A stretch of DNA of 32,000 nucleotides from Dickeya solani IPO 2222. Lineage in GTDB: Bacteria > Pseudomonadota > Gammaproteobacteria > Enterobacterales > Enterobacteriaceae. The notes below the pieces were generated by a model. That model saw only the letters and a list, made by a program, of their open reading frames with translations, made no database searches and was not told the origin of the DNA. Where the stretch lies: positions 180,001 to 212,000 of the forward strand of contig NZ_CP015137.1 in the NCBI RefSeq assembly GCF_001644705.1, read 5' to 3'. Below, in pieces: positions 1 through 9,601 of the stretch; position 1 is the first letter of the stretch; the number at the start of each line of letters is the position of its first letter. Both the position numbers and the translations under genes were made by a program.

Positions 1-1428
1 CTCCAATAACCGGCTAACTAGCATTGCCAGATACATTTTGACAGCGTTATAGGCATTATTGTCATTATCGGGGCGTAAATAAAACCCGGTTTCCAGATCG
101 CCGTGCTGATGACATAAGCTAAATATCTCACAGGCAATTTTATTAACATCTTTGCCACCTTCCTCCAATAAATAATCACCAGCACCTTTCTCAATTATTT
201 CATGAATAAAAAGACGTTTTAATGCAGAGATTACCGTATCTGATAATTCAGGAGATTTGAGCAATTTACCTTCTTGATTAACGAGTATCATTTTTAACAA
301 CTGAACGACAGTTCGTATTGGCTGAGAGAGAATAAAATTATGATAATATTTTTGCTGTGTATCTTTAATCTTTAACGTAAGAGAAATAATATCAAACAAG
401 AGATCTGGTGATTTTTCACCAGCACTCTGTTCAGAGTCATCAATACCTTGGTACACCTTACCATTTTTTGAAAAAAGCACTTTTCCATTTTTATTTTCAA
501 ATAACTGAATTAACAATTGTAAGTCGATGCGCTGATAGGCCGGTAAAATTTTTGCCATATATTGTTGGGTTAAATTGCTTACCAAATCCTTGGTCTCTTT
601 TTCATCATTACCCTGTTTACCACCAGACTGTAATTCAAGTTGTTTTTGGTTTTTTACAATATGGTTATATAACCTTAAGTCACCTGAGATCAGCACAACC
701 ACTCTGGGGTGGTTCAAATAGCGGCGAATAGTTTCCAGTACCTCATAAGCTTTTTTGGTATGGGTATCAACATCATCAATGGCAATAATAAACAATTTTT
801 TATTTAAAATTTTGGCAACTGCATTAATAAAGTAATGCAACCGCTCTTCCAAATACTGCCCACTTTTAGCACTTTTAAGCGCCTGATTTAAAAACCAGCC
901 ATCATCATGTTTGTCATGGTTTGTTTTATGGTGACTGGCTAGTTTCAGCCCTTCCGCCATTTCTTCAAGACATTTATTCAGTCGCTGACTTTTCTCTTCA
1001 TCCGCACAATAGTTAAGCTTGCTGTCATATAGCTGCTTAAATTTCACGACAATATCAATCAGAATATTTTGATGAGTTTCAATTAAGGTCGGGTCTATAA
1101 AAGCCAGTGGGCAAATACCATCACTATTATTTTTTTCCTCAGAGTAGAAATCCAACATCGCTCTTAGGAATGTAGTTTTACCGGTGCCGCGCTGACCATT
1201 AATAAAAATGGTATTGTTACTGCGAAATATATTATTTAGCAATTTATCACTATTCGGTTGACATGATTTCGCTTCACTATAGTTTTCCAGGTTTTTAACA
1301 AAACCTCTCAGTAACTTCTCCAATTGCGCTTTCGCTGCATATTGCAGCATGGTGCTTTCATCGTATCGATTTAAATCAAATACATTATCGAGATCAATAA
1401 TAATCTCACTAATATTATTATCACTCAT
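1..1428 (-). CDS. P-loop NTPase, KAP-family-like; N-terminal 476 codons only (C-terminus lies left of the window)
   Basis: Absent from the ORF track because it runs off the edge. I read every + strand triplet 1-3, 4-6 ... 1426-1428 and none is TTA, CTA or TCA. The - strand frame is therefore open for 476 codons in roughly one-third-G+C DNA. ATG at 1428-1426, GGAG at 1437-1434 (5-nt spacer), in-frame stop upstream at 1446-1444. Translation begins MSDNNISEIIIDLDNVFDL. Walker A is TIFINGQRGTGKTTFL (GQRGTGKTT = nt 1197-1171). Walker B is KKLFIIAIDDVDT (LFIIAIDD = nt 795-772). These are followed by RVVVLISGD and QYMAKILPAYQ, the motif order I associate with KAP NTPases. There is no hydrophobic insert between Walker A and B. 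Confidence 0.85.
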   Translation of the reverse strand, partial: MSDNNISEIIIDLDNVFDLNRYDESTMLQYAAKAQLEKLLRGFVKNLENYSEAKSCQPNSDKLLNNIFRSNNTIFINGQRGTGKTTFLRAMLDFYSEEKNNSDGICPLAFIDPTLIETHQNILIDIVVKFKQLYDSKLNYCADEEKSQRLNKCLEEMAEGLKLASHHKTNHDKHDDGWFLNQALKSAKSGQYLEERLHYFINAVAKILNKKLFIIAIDDVDTHTKKAYEVLETIRRYLNHPRVVVLISGDLRLYNHIVKNQKQLELQSGGKQGNDEKETKDLVSNLTQQYMAKILPAYQRIDLQLLIQLFENKNGKVLFSKNGKVYQGIDDSEQSAGEKSPDLLFDIISLTLKIKDTQQKYYHNFILSQPIRTVVQLLKMILVNQEGKLLKSPELSDTVISALKRLFIHEIIEKGAGDYLLEEGGKDVNKIACEIFSLCHQHGDLETGFYLRPDNDNNAYNAVKMYLAMLVSRLLE

Positions 1429-1491
1429 AACTGCTCCATGACATTAAATTATATTAAAATAATAAAAAATAATCCGGTTTGACGGCCGAAG

Positions 1492-1519
1492 TTATTACAC
1501 TCAGACAAATGAATGTCAA
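1492..1519 (-). promoter_or_regulatory. candidate sigma70 promoter for the P-loop NTPase gene
   Basis: On the - strand: TTGACA (1519-1514), 16-nt spacer, TAATAA (1497-1492). It lies about 65 nt upstream of the ATG and just downstream of the pepN terminator. Confidence 0.4.
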
Positions 1520-1579
1520 TAAAAGCAAGAAAGACGGTAAGCGATATTACTAACCGGATGACAGCGATGTGATGGAATT

Positions 1580-1603
1580 AAAAAAGCCGGGGTATTTCCC
1601 GGC
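1580..1603 (-). terminator. rho-independent terminator of pepN
   Basis: The - strand reads GCCGGG-AAATAC-CCCGGC followed by TTTTTT (stem arms 1603-1598 and 1591-1586, A-run 1585-1580 on the + strand). It sits 48 nt past the pepN stop. Confidence 0.75.
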
Positions 1604-1650
1604 TTCACAAATAACCTGCACAGATAACGCATCCGTGCTTTTCTTTGCGC

Positions 1651-4266
1651 TTACGCTTCCAGCGCCTTGGTGATCTTCTCGAACAGATCGCCCGACAGGT
1701 TTTCCAGCCCTTTCAGCGTTTCCAACGCCTGACGCATCAGCGCCTGACGGCCGCTGTCGTAGCGTTTGAGACGAATCAGCGGTTCAATCAGGCGGGAAGC
1801 CACCTGTGGGTTGCGGGTGTTCAGATCGCTGAGCATCTCCGTCAGGAACTGATAGCCGCTGCCGTCTACCGCGTGGAATGCCGACGGGTTGCCCGCACAG
1901 AACGAGCCGACCAGCGAGCGCAGACGGTTGGGGTTGTTCAGGCTGAAGGAGCGGTGGTTGAGCAATTCACGCACCCGGTTCACCACGTCGCTGGCCGGGC
2001 TGCTGGCCTGCAGGGAGAACCATTTGTCCATCACCAGACCATCCTGATGCCAGCGTTCGTCAAACGCCGCCAACAGCGTATCCCGACACGGCAGTTGCGC
2101 GGCGACGGCCGCCGCCATCGCCGCCAGCGAATCGGTCATGTTGTCGGTATTCGCAAACTGCGCCGCTGCCAGCGCATCCGCCTGTTCACGATCGGCAAAC
2201 GCCAGATAGTTCAGGCACACATTGCGCAGCGAACGTTTCCCCATGTCCTGCTGATCGACACGGTAAGACGCCAGTTTGTTGGCGCGATAGACCGCCAGCA
2301 GTTCGTCCGCCATTTCCTGCGCCAGCGTCTGCGTCAGCGACTGACGAACCGCGGTGATGGCGTCCGGGTCGATGATCTCAAACAGCTCGGCCATTTCATT
2401 CTCGCCCGGCAGCGACAAAATCTGAGACGCCAGCATCGGGTCCAGCCGCTCATCCAGCAACACGCCGCGGAAGGCGTCCACCACATGCATCGGCAGCGAC
2501 AGCGGCTGTTTCTGCTGATAACGCGCCACGTTCAGGCGAATGTAGTTGGCCAGCAAGCTCTGGGCCGCATCCCAGCGGGAAAACTCATTGCTGGCATGGC
2601 GCATCAGGAACGTCAGTTGTTCATCGCTCCAGGGGTAGTTCAGTTTCACCGGCGCAGAGAACTCACGCAGCAGCGATGGCACCGGCTGGCAGGGAACATC
2701 GTCAAACACGAACGTTTGCTCCGCTTCGGTCACGTTCAGCACCGAACCCAGTTTCTGCCCTTTCTGACGCAGCGGGATCACCTGCCCTTCGGTACCGTAC
2801 AATTCCACATCCAGCGGGATATGCAGCGGCAGCTTGGGTTGCTTATCGGCGCCGATCGACGTCGTCTGGCTGACGTGCAGGCGGTACTGACGGGTCGCGG
2901 CGTCGTAATCGTCGCGCACCGTCACCACCGGCGTACCGGACTGGCTGTACCAGCGGCGGAACTGGGATAGATCGACGCTGGAAGCATCCTCCATCGCCTG
3001 CACAAAATCATCACAGGTGGCGGCGCTGCCGTCATGACGATCAAAGTACAACCGCATCCCCGCCTGGAATTTCTCTTCACCCAGCAGCGTGTGCATCATA
3101 CGAATGACTTCCGACCCTTTTTCATACACCGTCAGGGTATAGAAGTTATTCATCTCGATAACCTGCTCCGGACGAATCGGATGGGACATCGGGCTGGCGT
3201 CTTCGGCGAACTGCGCGCCGCGCATAACGCGCACATTGTCGATACGATTGGCCGGGCGCGAACCGATGTCGGAGCTGAACTCCTGGTCGCGGAACACCGT
3301 CAGCCCTTCTTTCAGGCTAAGCTGGAACCAGTCGCGGCAGGTCACGCGGTTACCGGTCCAGTTGTGGAAATATTCGTGAGCGATCACCGCTTCGATACCG
3401 AGGTAATCCTTGTCGGTGGCGGTTTCGGCTTTGGCCAGCACATACTTGGAGTTGAAAATGTTCAGCCCCTTGTTCTCCATCGCCCCCATGTTGAAGAAAT
3501 CCACCGCCACGATCATATAAATGTCGAGGTCGTATTCCAGGCCAAAACGGGTTTCATCCCACTTCATGGCGTTCTTCAACGAGGTCATCGCCCAATCGGC
3601 GCGATCGAGATTGCCGCGATCCACGAACAACTCCAGCGCTACTTCACGGCCGGAACGGGTGATGAAACTGTCGCGCAGCACATCAAAATCGCCGGCCACC
3701 AGCGCAAACAGATAGCAAGGTTTCGGGAACGGGTCCTGCCATTCGACCCAATGGCGGCCTTCGTCCTGTTCACCCTGCGCCACGCGGTTACCGTTGGAGA
3801 GCAGGTACGGATAGCGCGCCTTATCGGCGGTAATACGGGTGGTGAAACGCGCCAATACGTCCGGGCGGTCCAGATAATAGGTGATGTGGCGGAATCCTTC
3901 CGCTTCGCATTGGGTACATAGCGCTTCACCTGACTGATACAACCCTTCCAGCGCGCTATTGGCCGCCGGACTGATTTCCGTTTCAATCCGCAGCGTGAAT
4001 TTCTCCGGCAATCCGGTCAGTTCCAGACCACCTTCCAGCAAACGGTGCGCCTGCCAGTCCTGACCATCGACCTGAACGCTCAGTAATTTCAGTCCTTCGC
4101 CATCCAGTTTCAGCGCTGCGCCCGGCTCCCCTTGTAGCACGACTTGACTGACGGCTACCACCTGGGTCTGTTTCGGGTGCAGGTTAAAATCCAGCGCGAT
4201 GTCGGTAATGGTATAGTCCGGCGCGCGGTAATCGTGCCGGTATTTGACTTGTGGTTGTTGACTCAT
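1651..4266 (-). CDS. pepN: aminopeptidase N (M1 family)
   Basis: 871-aa ORF. Contains the GAMEN motif (FFNMGAMENKG) and HEYFH-x18-E zinc site. Colinear with E. coli PepN as I recall it (MSQQPQVKYRHDYRAPDY..., C-terminal ...GDLFEKITKAL). Confidence 0.97.
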   Translation of the reverse strand: MSQQPQVKYRHDYRAPDYTITDIALDFNLHPKQTQVVAVSQVVLQGEPGAALKLDGEGLKLLSVQVDGQDWQAHRLLEGGLELTGLPEKFTLRIETEISPAANSALEGLYQSGEALCTQCEAEGFRHITYYLDRPDVLARFTTRITADKARYPYLLSNGNRVAQGEQDEGRHWVEWQDPFPKPCYLFALVAGDFDVLRDSFITRSGREVALELFVDRGNLDRADWAMTSLKNAMKWDETRFGLEYDLDIYMIVAVDFFNMGAMENKGLNIFNSKYVLAKAETATDKDYLGIEAVIAHEYFHNWTGNRVTCRDWFQLSLKEGLTVFRDQEFSSDIGSRPANRIDNVRVMRGAQFAEDASPMSHPIRPEQVIEMNNFYTLTVYEKGSEVIRMMHTLLGEEKFQAGMRLYFDRHDGSAATCDDFVQAMEDASSVDLSQFRRWYSQSGTPVVTVRDDYDAATRQYRLHVSQTTSIGADKQPKLPLHIPLDVELYGTEGQVIPLRQKGQKLGSVLNVTEAEQTFVFDDVPCQPVPSLLREFSAPVKLNYPWSDEQLTFLMRHASNEFSRWDAAQSLLANYIRLNVARYQQKQPLSLPMHVVDAFRGVLLDERLDPMLASQILSLPGENEMAELFEIIDPDAITAVRQSLTQTLAQEMADELLAVYRANKLASYRVDQQDMGKRSLRNVCLNYLAFADREQADALAAAQFANTDNMTDSLAAMAAAVAAQLPCRDTLLAAFDERWHQDGLVMDKWFSLQASSPASDVVNRVRELLNHRSFSLNNPNRLRSLVGSFCAGNPSAFHAVDGSGYQFLTEMLSDLNTRNPQVASRLIEPLIRLKRYDSGRQALMRQALETLKGLENLSGDLFEKITKALEA

Positions 4267-4659
4267 GACTGATTACCTTAATGACAGCAGCAATGATGAC
4301 GGCGCAGGATGCTCTGGCTGCGCATCCGCTCTTCCTTATATAAAGAAGAGCAAAAAAGCGCGGTTAACACATCGAATGCTACCGGCTACGAAGAACCCGC
4401 GCAGCCAGGCAATAATCGCCGTCCTTTATATATTCACACAGTAAACAAGGGTAAACAGCCTCTCTGCGCCCGCATCTATCTGCCAGTGGGCGGGGAAACC
4501 GTATTATCGCCTGCTCACGCGCCTGATCCCGTCTACTTTGTATGCAGTTCCGTTATTCAACAGGCTGTTACGTCTATTAAAGGGGAGTGACTGCCGGAAT
4601 GCAAACTTTCCTGCTTTTCATGCGCTGTCGTGACAGCAAGTCAATTTTCCAGGTAATTT

Positions 4660-4677
4660 TGTTTAGTATAAAAAACA
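4660..4677. promoter_or_regulatory. possible NadR operator (NAD box) with abutting -10 hexamer upstream of pncB
   Basis: TGTTTA-GTATAA-AAAACA, one mismatch from the TGTTTA-N6-TAAACA inverted repeat I recall for NadR-regulated genes (pncB is one in E. coli and Salmonella). A perfect TATAAT lies at 4679-4684 on the + strand. No convincing -35 element. Confidence 0.35.
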
Positions 4678-4879
4678 TTATAATTCAACCACTCATGTTA
4701 AATAGGCGGTAAAAATAGATACTTTTTTGTCACAATCGCACGATTGAATCTCGCCTTCATCCGCCCAATATGATGTGATAAGCCTCATTGAACAGACAGT
4801 TGGCTCCTGCTGTCGATGACCATGACAGTCACTTGCATTAGCTTGTAAATTGTATTGAACGAGGATGCGGTAACGCATT

Positions 4880-6085
4880 ATGACTTTACACACTTCCCCG
4901 ATACTGACCTCATTGCTGGATACCGACGCCTATAAGCTACATATGCAGCAGGCGGTGTACCATCACTATCATGATGTACATGTAGCCGCCGAATTTCGCT
5001 GCCGCGGCGATGAGTTGTTAGGGGGCTATGCCGATGAAATCCGGGCGCAGGTAGAGGCTATGAGCCAACTGTCGCTGCATGACGATGAGTACGCTTACCT
5101 CGCCTCCTTGCCGTTTTTCAAAACCGACTATCTCGACTGGCTAAAAACCTTCCGCTTTAATCCGGCGCAAATCCGCGTCAGCAACCATCAAGGCAAGCTG
5201 GATATTCGAATCACCGGGCCGTGGCGCGAAGTGATTCTGTGGGAAGTGCCGCTGCTTGCGGTCATCAGTGAAGTGGTGCACCGCGCCCGCACGCCCGGCG
5301 AGCACGTCGCGGCCGCGCTCAGCCAGTTGCACGACACGCTGGCGTGTTTTCGCCAGCACAGCGCCGATACCGACCTCAGCCGCTTCAGACTGATGGATTT
5401 CGGCACCCGCCGTCGTTTCTCCCATGAGGTTCAGCACCAGATCGTGCGCACCCTCAAGGCGGAGTTCCCTTACCTGATCGGCACCAGCAACTACGACTTG
5501 GCGCGACGGCTGCAACTGACGCCGGTCGGAACCCAGGCGCACGAATGGTTCCAGGCCCATCAGCAGATCAGCCCAACGCTGGCCAACAGCCAACGGGCTG
5601 CGTTGGACGCCTGGCTGCTGGAATACCCCAAACAACTCGGTATCGCGCTGACGGACTGCATCACCATGGACGCCTTCCTGCGCGACTTCGACGTGCAATT
5701 CGCCCGCCGCTATCAGGGGTTACGGCATGACTCTGGTGACCCGATCGAATGGGGTGAAAAAGCCATCGCTCATTACCATGCGCTGGATATCGATCCGATG
5801 AGCAAAACGCTGGTGTTTTCCGATAACCTCAATCTGGAAAAAGCACTGCACCTTTACCGCCACTTCGGGCAACGCATCAACGTGGTCTTCGGTATCGGCA
5901 CTCGCCTGACCTGCGATATCCCCGGCGTCAAACCGTTGAATATCGTCATCAAACTGGTGGAGTGCAACGGCAAACCGGTGGCCAAGCTGTCAGACAGCCC
6001 GGGAAAAACCATTTGCCAGGATCAGGCATTCGTCAGCGAGCTGCGTAAGGCGTTTGATCTGCCGCGAGTGAAAAAAGCCTCCTGA
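4880..6085 (+). CDS. pncB: nicotinate phosphoribosyltransferase
   Basis: 401-aa ORF, near-colinear with E. coli PncB (...[15 protein letters not shown]...[10 protein letters not shown]..., C-terminal [11 protein letters not shown]...KKAS). Divergent from pepN, as in E. coli. Confidence 0.97.
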   Translation: MTLHTSPILTSLLDTDAYKLHMQQAVYHHYHDVHVAAEFRCRGDELLGGYADEIRAQVEAMSQLSLHDDEYAYLASLPFFKTDYLDWLKTFRFNPAQIRVSNHQGKLDIRITGPWREVILWEVPLLAVISEVVHRARTPGEHVAAALSQLHDTLACFRQHSADTDLSRFRLMDFGTRRRFSHEVQHQIVRTLKAEFPYLIGTSNYDLARRLQLTPVGTQAHEWFQAHQQISPTLANSQRAALDAWLLEYPKQLGIALTDCITMDAFLRDFDVQFARRYQGLRHDSGDPIEWGEKAIAHYHALDIDPMSKTLVFSDNLNLEKALHLYRHFGQRINVVFGIGTRLTCDIPGVKPLNIVIKLVECNGKPVAKLSDSPGKTICQDQAFVSELRKAFDLPRVKKAS

Positions 6086-6128
6086 ACGTCGCGCTTCCCG
6101 CGCCACTGACTACTCTTTAAGCCGGCAG

Positions 6129-6170
6129 CACCGGAATCGCGTAAAACTTGGCGCGTTCCGGTGATTTCTG
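6129..6170 (+). terminator. stem-loop after pncB (possible terminator or attenuator)
   Basis: CACCGGAA(T)CGCG (6129-6141) pairs with CGCGTTCCGGTG (6152-6163). This is a 12-bp stem with one bulge, followed by the U-poor tract ATTTCTGCTT. Confidence 0.4.
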
Positions 6171-6263
6171 CTTGTGTCCTGCCTAACGACAAGTAACATA
6201 ACGAAACGCCCGTTTCCGGGCAGTGACAGTTACCCATTAAATTTCATCAATAGAGAGAATGTT

Positions 6264-7664
6264 ATGAGCGTAGTGCCTGTAGTCGACGTACTGCAAGGCC
6301 GTGTCGCCGTTGACAGTGACGTCACCGTGCGCGGCTGGGTACGTACCCGGAGAGACTCTAAAGCCGGTATTTCCTTTATTGCCGTCTATGACGGTTCCTG
6401 CTTTGATTCGCTACAGGCCGTCGTCAATAATAATCTTGCCAATTACCAGAGCGACGTCATGCGTCTGACTACCGGTTGCTCGGTGGAAGTGACCGGCAAG
6501 GTGGTGGAATCCCCCGGCGAAGGCCAGAGTTTTGAGCTGCAGGCGACCGAGCTCAAGGTGGTCGGCTGGGTTGAAGACCCTGATACCTACCCAATGGCGG
6601 CCAAACGCCACAGCATCGAATACCTGCGTGAAGTCGCGCATTTGCGCCCGCGCACCAACCTGGTCGGCGCCGTCGCCCGTGTCCGTCACACGCTGGCGCA
6701 GGCTATCCACCGTTTCTTCCATCAAAGCGGTTTTTATTGGGTATCCACCCCAATCATTACTGCCTCCGATACCGAAGGCGCCGGCGAAATGTTCCGGGTA
6801 TCTACACTGGATCTGGAAAACCTGCCGCGCAACGATCAGGGCAAAGTAGATTTCAGCGAAGATTTCTTCGGTAAAGAAGCGTTTCTGACCGTATCCGGCC
6901 AGCTTAACGGCGAAACCTATGCCTGTGCGCTGTCCAAAATCTACACCTTTGGGCCGACCTTCCGTGCTGAAAACTCCAACACCAGCCGCCACCTGGCGGA
7001 GTTCTGGATGATCGAGCCGGAAGTGGCATTTGCGACGCTGGACGACGTCGCCGCACTGGCGGAAAACCTGTTGAAATTTGTGTTTAAAGCGGTGCTGGAA
7101 GAGCGTGCCGATGACATGAAATTCTTCGCTGAACGCGTAGACAAAGAAGCGATCAGCCGGCTGGAGCGTTTTGTCAGCACCGACTTCGCCCAGGTGGATT
7201 ACACCGATGCCATCACCATTCTGGAAAACTGCGGACAGACATTTGAAAACCCGGTGTCCTGGGGCATCGACCTGTCTTCCGAGCACGAACGCTATCTGGC
7301 CGAGAAACACTTCCAGGCGCCCGTCGTCGTCAAAAATTACCCGAAAGACATCAAAGCCTTTTATATGCGCATGAACAGCGACGGCAAAACCGTAGCGGCG
7401 ATGGACGTGCTGGCGCCGGGCATTGGCGAGATTATCGGGGGTTCCCAGCGTGAAGAACGTCTGGAACAGTTGGATATCCGTCTGGAAGAAATGGGACTCA
7501 GTAAAGAAGATTACTGGTGGTACCGCGATCTGCGTCGTTACGGCACCATTCCTCACTCTGGTTTTGGTCTTGGTTTTGAACGTTTGATTGCTTATGTAAC
7601 CGGTGTACAAAATGTGCGCGATGTCATTCCATTCCCGCGCACACCGCGCAACGCCACCTTCTAA
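6264..7664 (+). CDS. asnS: asparagine--tRNA ligase
   Basis: The track ORF starts at 6174. I moved the start to ATG 6264 ([13 protein letters not shown]...), preceded by the purine run AGAGAGAA. This gives 466 aa, the length of E. coli AsnS. The C-terminus [15 protein letters not shown]...PFPRTP is a typical class IIb aaRS ending. Confidence 0.96.
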   Translation: MSVVPVVDVLQGRVAVDSDVTVRGWVRTRRDSKAGISFIAVYDGSCFDSLQAVVNNNLANYQSDVMRLTTGCSVEVTGKVVESPGEGQSFELQATELKVVGWVEDPDTYPMAAKRHSIEYLREVAHLRPRTNLVGAVARVRHTLAQAIHRFFHQSGFYWVSTPIITASDTEGAGEMFRVSTLDLENLPRNDQGKVDFSEDFFGKEAFLTVSGQLNGETYACALSKIYTFGPTFRAENSNTSRHLAEFWMIEPEVAFATLDDVAALAENLLKFVFKAVLEERADDMKFFAERVDKEAISRLERFVSTDFAQVDYTDAITILENCGQTFENPVSWGIDLSSEHERYLAEKHFQAPVVVKNYPKDIKAFYMRMNSDGKTVAAMDVLAPGIGEIIGGSQREERLEQLDIRLEEMGLSKEDYWWYRDLRRYGTIPHSGFGLGFERLIAYVTGVQNVRDVIPFPRTPRNATF

Positions 7665-7700
7665 GCAAAAAATAACATAAGAAAAACAGATATCTGCAAC

Positions 7701-7738
7701 AAGAAGGGCACCTTATGGGTGCCCTTCTTTTTTTATTT
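7701..7738 (+). terminator. rho-independent terminator of asnS
   Basis: AAGAAGGGCACC-TTAT-GGGTGCCCTTCTT followed by TTTTTTATTTT. Confidence 0.85.
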
Positions 7739-7766
7739 TAGAGTTTGCTCACAAAGTTCCGTTTAT

Positions 7767-7958
7767 TTTACAAAATGAAACATATATTTTCCAATGGTTA
7801 CCTGATTTCGAAATTAGTATCATTTAAAGGGTAGATTAACGAGCGGGTGAATGGAAAACTGCGTGCAGACACAGGAAGACATCTGCTATCGCAAAAAAGT
7901 TCCGTTAGTTTTTTTTTATTGTGATCCAGAGGTCTGAATAACACCAATGAGGGTAATA
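7767..7958 (+). promoter_or_regulatory. ompF-type promoter, OmpR-box-like region and ~92-nt 5' leader of porin copy 1
   Basis: AT-rich, with TGAAACAT (7776-7783), GGTTACC (7796-7802) and TTCGAAAT (7807-7814). The block GTATCATTTAAAGGGTAGATTAACGAGCGGGTGAATGGAAAACTGCGTGCAGACACAGGAAGACA (7817-7881) is colinear with my recollection of the E. coli ompF F3/-35/-10/+1 region (...GTAGCACTTTCACGGTAGCGAAACGTTAGTTTGAATGGAAAGATGCCTGCAGACACATAAAGACA...). By analogy the TSS is near 7867. The RBS region is ATGAGGGTAATAATGATGAAGCGC. Confidence 0.5.
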
Positions 7959-9050
7959 ATGATGAAGCGCAATGTTCTTGCAGTGGTAATCCCGGCGCTG
8001 TTGGCTGCCGGCGCAGCTAACGCGGCTGAAGTGTACAACAAAGACGGCAACAAGCTGGATTTGACTGGTAAAATCGAAGCCGCTCACTACTTCGGTGATG
8101 AGTCTAAAAGTGCGTTTGGCGACGGTGATCAGACCTATACTCGTCTGGGCTTCAAAGGTGAAACTCAGATCTCCAAAGATCTGACTGGCTATGGTCGTTT
8201 CGAATATCAATTCGATGCCAGCAATGCTGAAGACAGCAACAGCTTGCCGAGCAGCAACACCGGTAGTAAAACTCGCTATGCTTACGCCGGTCTGAAATTT
8301 GGTGATTTCGGCTCTCTGGATTATGGCCGCAACCGCGCTATCGGCTATGACGGTATTTCTTACACCGACGTATTGCCAGAACAGGGTGGTGATTCCAGCT
8401 ACACTGATAACCTGACTGGTCGTAACGCTGGTGTTGCTACCTACCGTAACAAAAACTTCTTTGGTCTGGTTGACGGCTGGGACTTCGCTCTGGGCTACCA
8501 GGCTAAGCATAATGACTCCACCCAGTTGAGAAAACAGACTGGTGACGGTTGGGCAATCTCTTCTTCTTATACTGCTCCGTTTGGCGTAGGTGTAATCGGT
8601 TCTTATACCGCAGCTGACCGTACTGATTCTCAGAACGTTGATGGTCGTGGTGAAAAAGCCGAAGCTTGGGCAACAGGCCTGAAATACGATGCAAACAATG
8701 TGTATGTCGCGGCTACATACGGTGAATATCACAACCTGACTTACAAAAACTCAGCTGCTTCGTTTGCCTATGATAAAACGAAAGTATTTGAAGCCGTTGC
8801 ACAGTATACCTTTGATTTCGGTCTGACCCCGTCTCTGGGCTATGTAACTGCTAAAGCCGATGATGATACCTCAGCGGCGAAAACCAGCGGTTATCTGAAG
8901 AAATATGTCAGCGTAGGTGCTACCTATGCATTCAACAAGAACTTCTCTACTCTGGTTGAATACGATATCAACCTGATCGATAACGATAACAACCCGCACA
9001 GCGTTGCTACTGGCAACACTGTAGCTGTTGGCGCTATCTATCAGTTCTAA
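7959..9050 (+). CDS. OmpF/OmpC-family general porin, copy 1
   Basis: Start set at MMKRNVLAVVIPALLAAGAANA|[13 protein letters not shown] (the track starts 12 nt earlier). Signal peptide, L3 motif [26 protein letters not shown] and the C-terminal beta-signal ...GAIYQF are all present. GAGGG RBS. Occupies the position of ompF between asnS and aspC in E. coli. Confidence 0.93.
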   Translation: MMKRNVLAVVIPALLAAGAANAAEVYNKDGNKLDLTGKIEAAHYFGDESKSAFGDGDQTYTRLGFKGETQISKDLTGYGRFEYQFDASNAEDSNSLPSSNTGSKTRYAYAGLKFGDFGSLDYGRNRAIGYDGISYTDVLPEQGGDSSYTDNLTGRNAGVATYRNKNFFGLVDGWDFALGYQAKHNDSTQLRKQTGDGWAISSSYTAPFGVGVIGSYTAADRTDSQNVDGRGEKAEAWATGLKYDANNVYVAATYGEYHNLTYKNSAASFAYDKTKVFEAVAQYTFDFGLTPSLGYVTAKADDDTSAAKTSGYLKKYVSVGATYAFNKNFSTLVEYDINLIDNDNNPHSVATGNTVAVGAIYQF

Positions 9051-9102
9051 TCTCGCCTTATAATTTGCCAGTCTAATGCTGGCAGATAATAAACTGAGAT
9101 CT

Positions 9103-9138
9103 AAACACCAGTTGGTTTTCACCGACTGGTGTTTTTTA
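9103..9138 (+). terminator. rho-independent terminator of porin copy 1
   Basis: AAACACCAGT-(12-nt loop)-ACTGGTGTTT followed by TTTTATT. Confidence 0.8.
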
Positions 9139-9418
9139 TTGCTTCATCCAGCAAGAATAAACCATCTTATGCTTATTGTGAGGAACATGGGTTAAGAGAT
9201 GCTTTATTTATAGGCTAGAATCTAAACCTACCTCGTTTTTATTACAAAACATGTTAACTCTGATGACAAGATCATGAAATAAATACATTTTTATCATATG
9301 ATTTTCGCATTAAATACTTAACGACCGCCGCCGAACTATTAAATAAATTTAATAAAAAAAAGAGGGTACAGACGCTTATTTTCATAAAAACTTCAAAAAT
9401 CCAGTTTAAATAAAAAAT

Positions 9419-9601
9419 AGTTACAAATTAAAACTTAATGTTTCACTTACGAGCTATTGGTATCATTTGTGAAGTGGATAAACCCCATTGTGAATGGAAC
9501 ACTGCCTGCGGACACATAAAGACACCAGCTCACGTCAGAAGTTCCTTAAAGATTTATCTGTAAGTGTGGGCAGGCGATATAACACAACGAGGGTAATTAT
9601 A
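9419..9601 (+). promoter_or_regulatory. ompF-type promoter and ~92-nt leader of porin copy 2
   Basis: AGTTACAAATTAAAACTTAATGTTTCAC, then GTATCATTTGTGAAGTGGATAAACCCCATTGTGAATGGAACACTGCCTGCGGACACATAAAGACACC. This parallels copy 1 and E. coli ompF. GTATCATTT starts 142 nt upstream of the ATG, exactly as in copy 1. Confidence 0.5.

Noticed and set aside
408-731. The 107-aa + strand ORF, the only track ORF in the first 1.4 kb.
   Set aside because: It is antisense to the 476-codon open frame carrying Walker A and B motifs. Its sequence is hydrophobic and aromatic-rich, as expected from the reverse frame of AT-rich coding DNA.
1645-2970. Long ORFs antisense to or nested in the housekeeping genes. 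Examples: 1645-2970 (+, 441 aa), 3034-3921 (+), 6411-7610 (-, 399 aa), 7905-8732 (-), 15703-16248 (+), 20662-21411 (+), 24855-25367 (+), 29503-30054 (+), 30441-31445 (-).
   Set aside because: Each lies entirely opposite or inside a gene with strong homology. Their translations are Arg/Gln/His/Pro-rich and low in complexity, which is typical of shadow frames in G+C-rich coding DNA. None has a credible RBS.
4309-4590. The 93-aa ORF in the pepN-pncB spacer, and the 66-aa - strand ORF at 4693-4893.
   Set aside because: Neither has an appropriately spaced RBS, third-position bias or a recognisable motif. The second overlaps the pncB start on the opposite strand.
6174-6263. N-terminal extensions in the ORF track: asnS from 6174, porin 1 from 7947, porin 2 from 9494, aspC from 12647, mepK to 15267, btuE to 23429, btuC to 24435, nagK to 26858, lolD to 28964.
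   Set aside because: The internal ATGs align with the E. coli N-termini and lengths, have better RBS spacing, and remove implausible overlaps with upstream genes (btuE into btuC, lolD into lolC).
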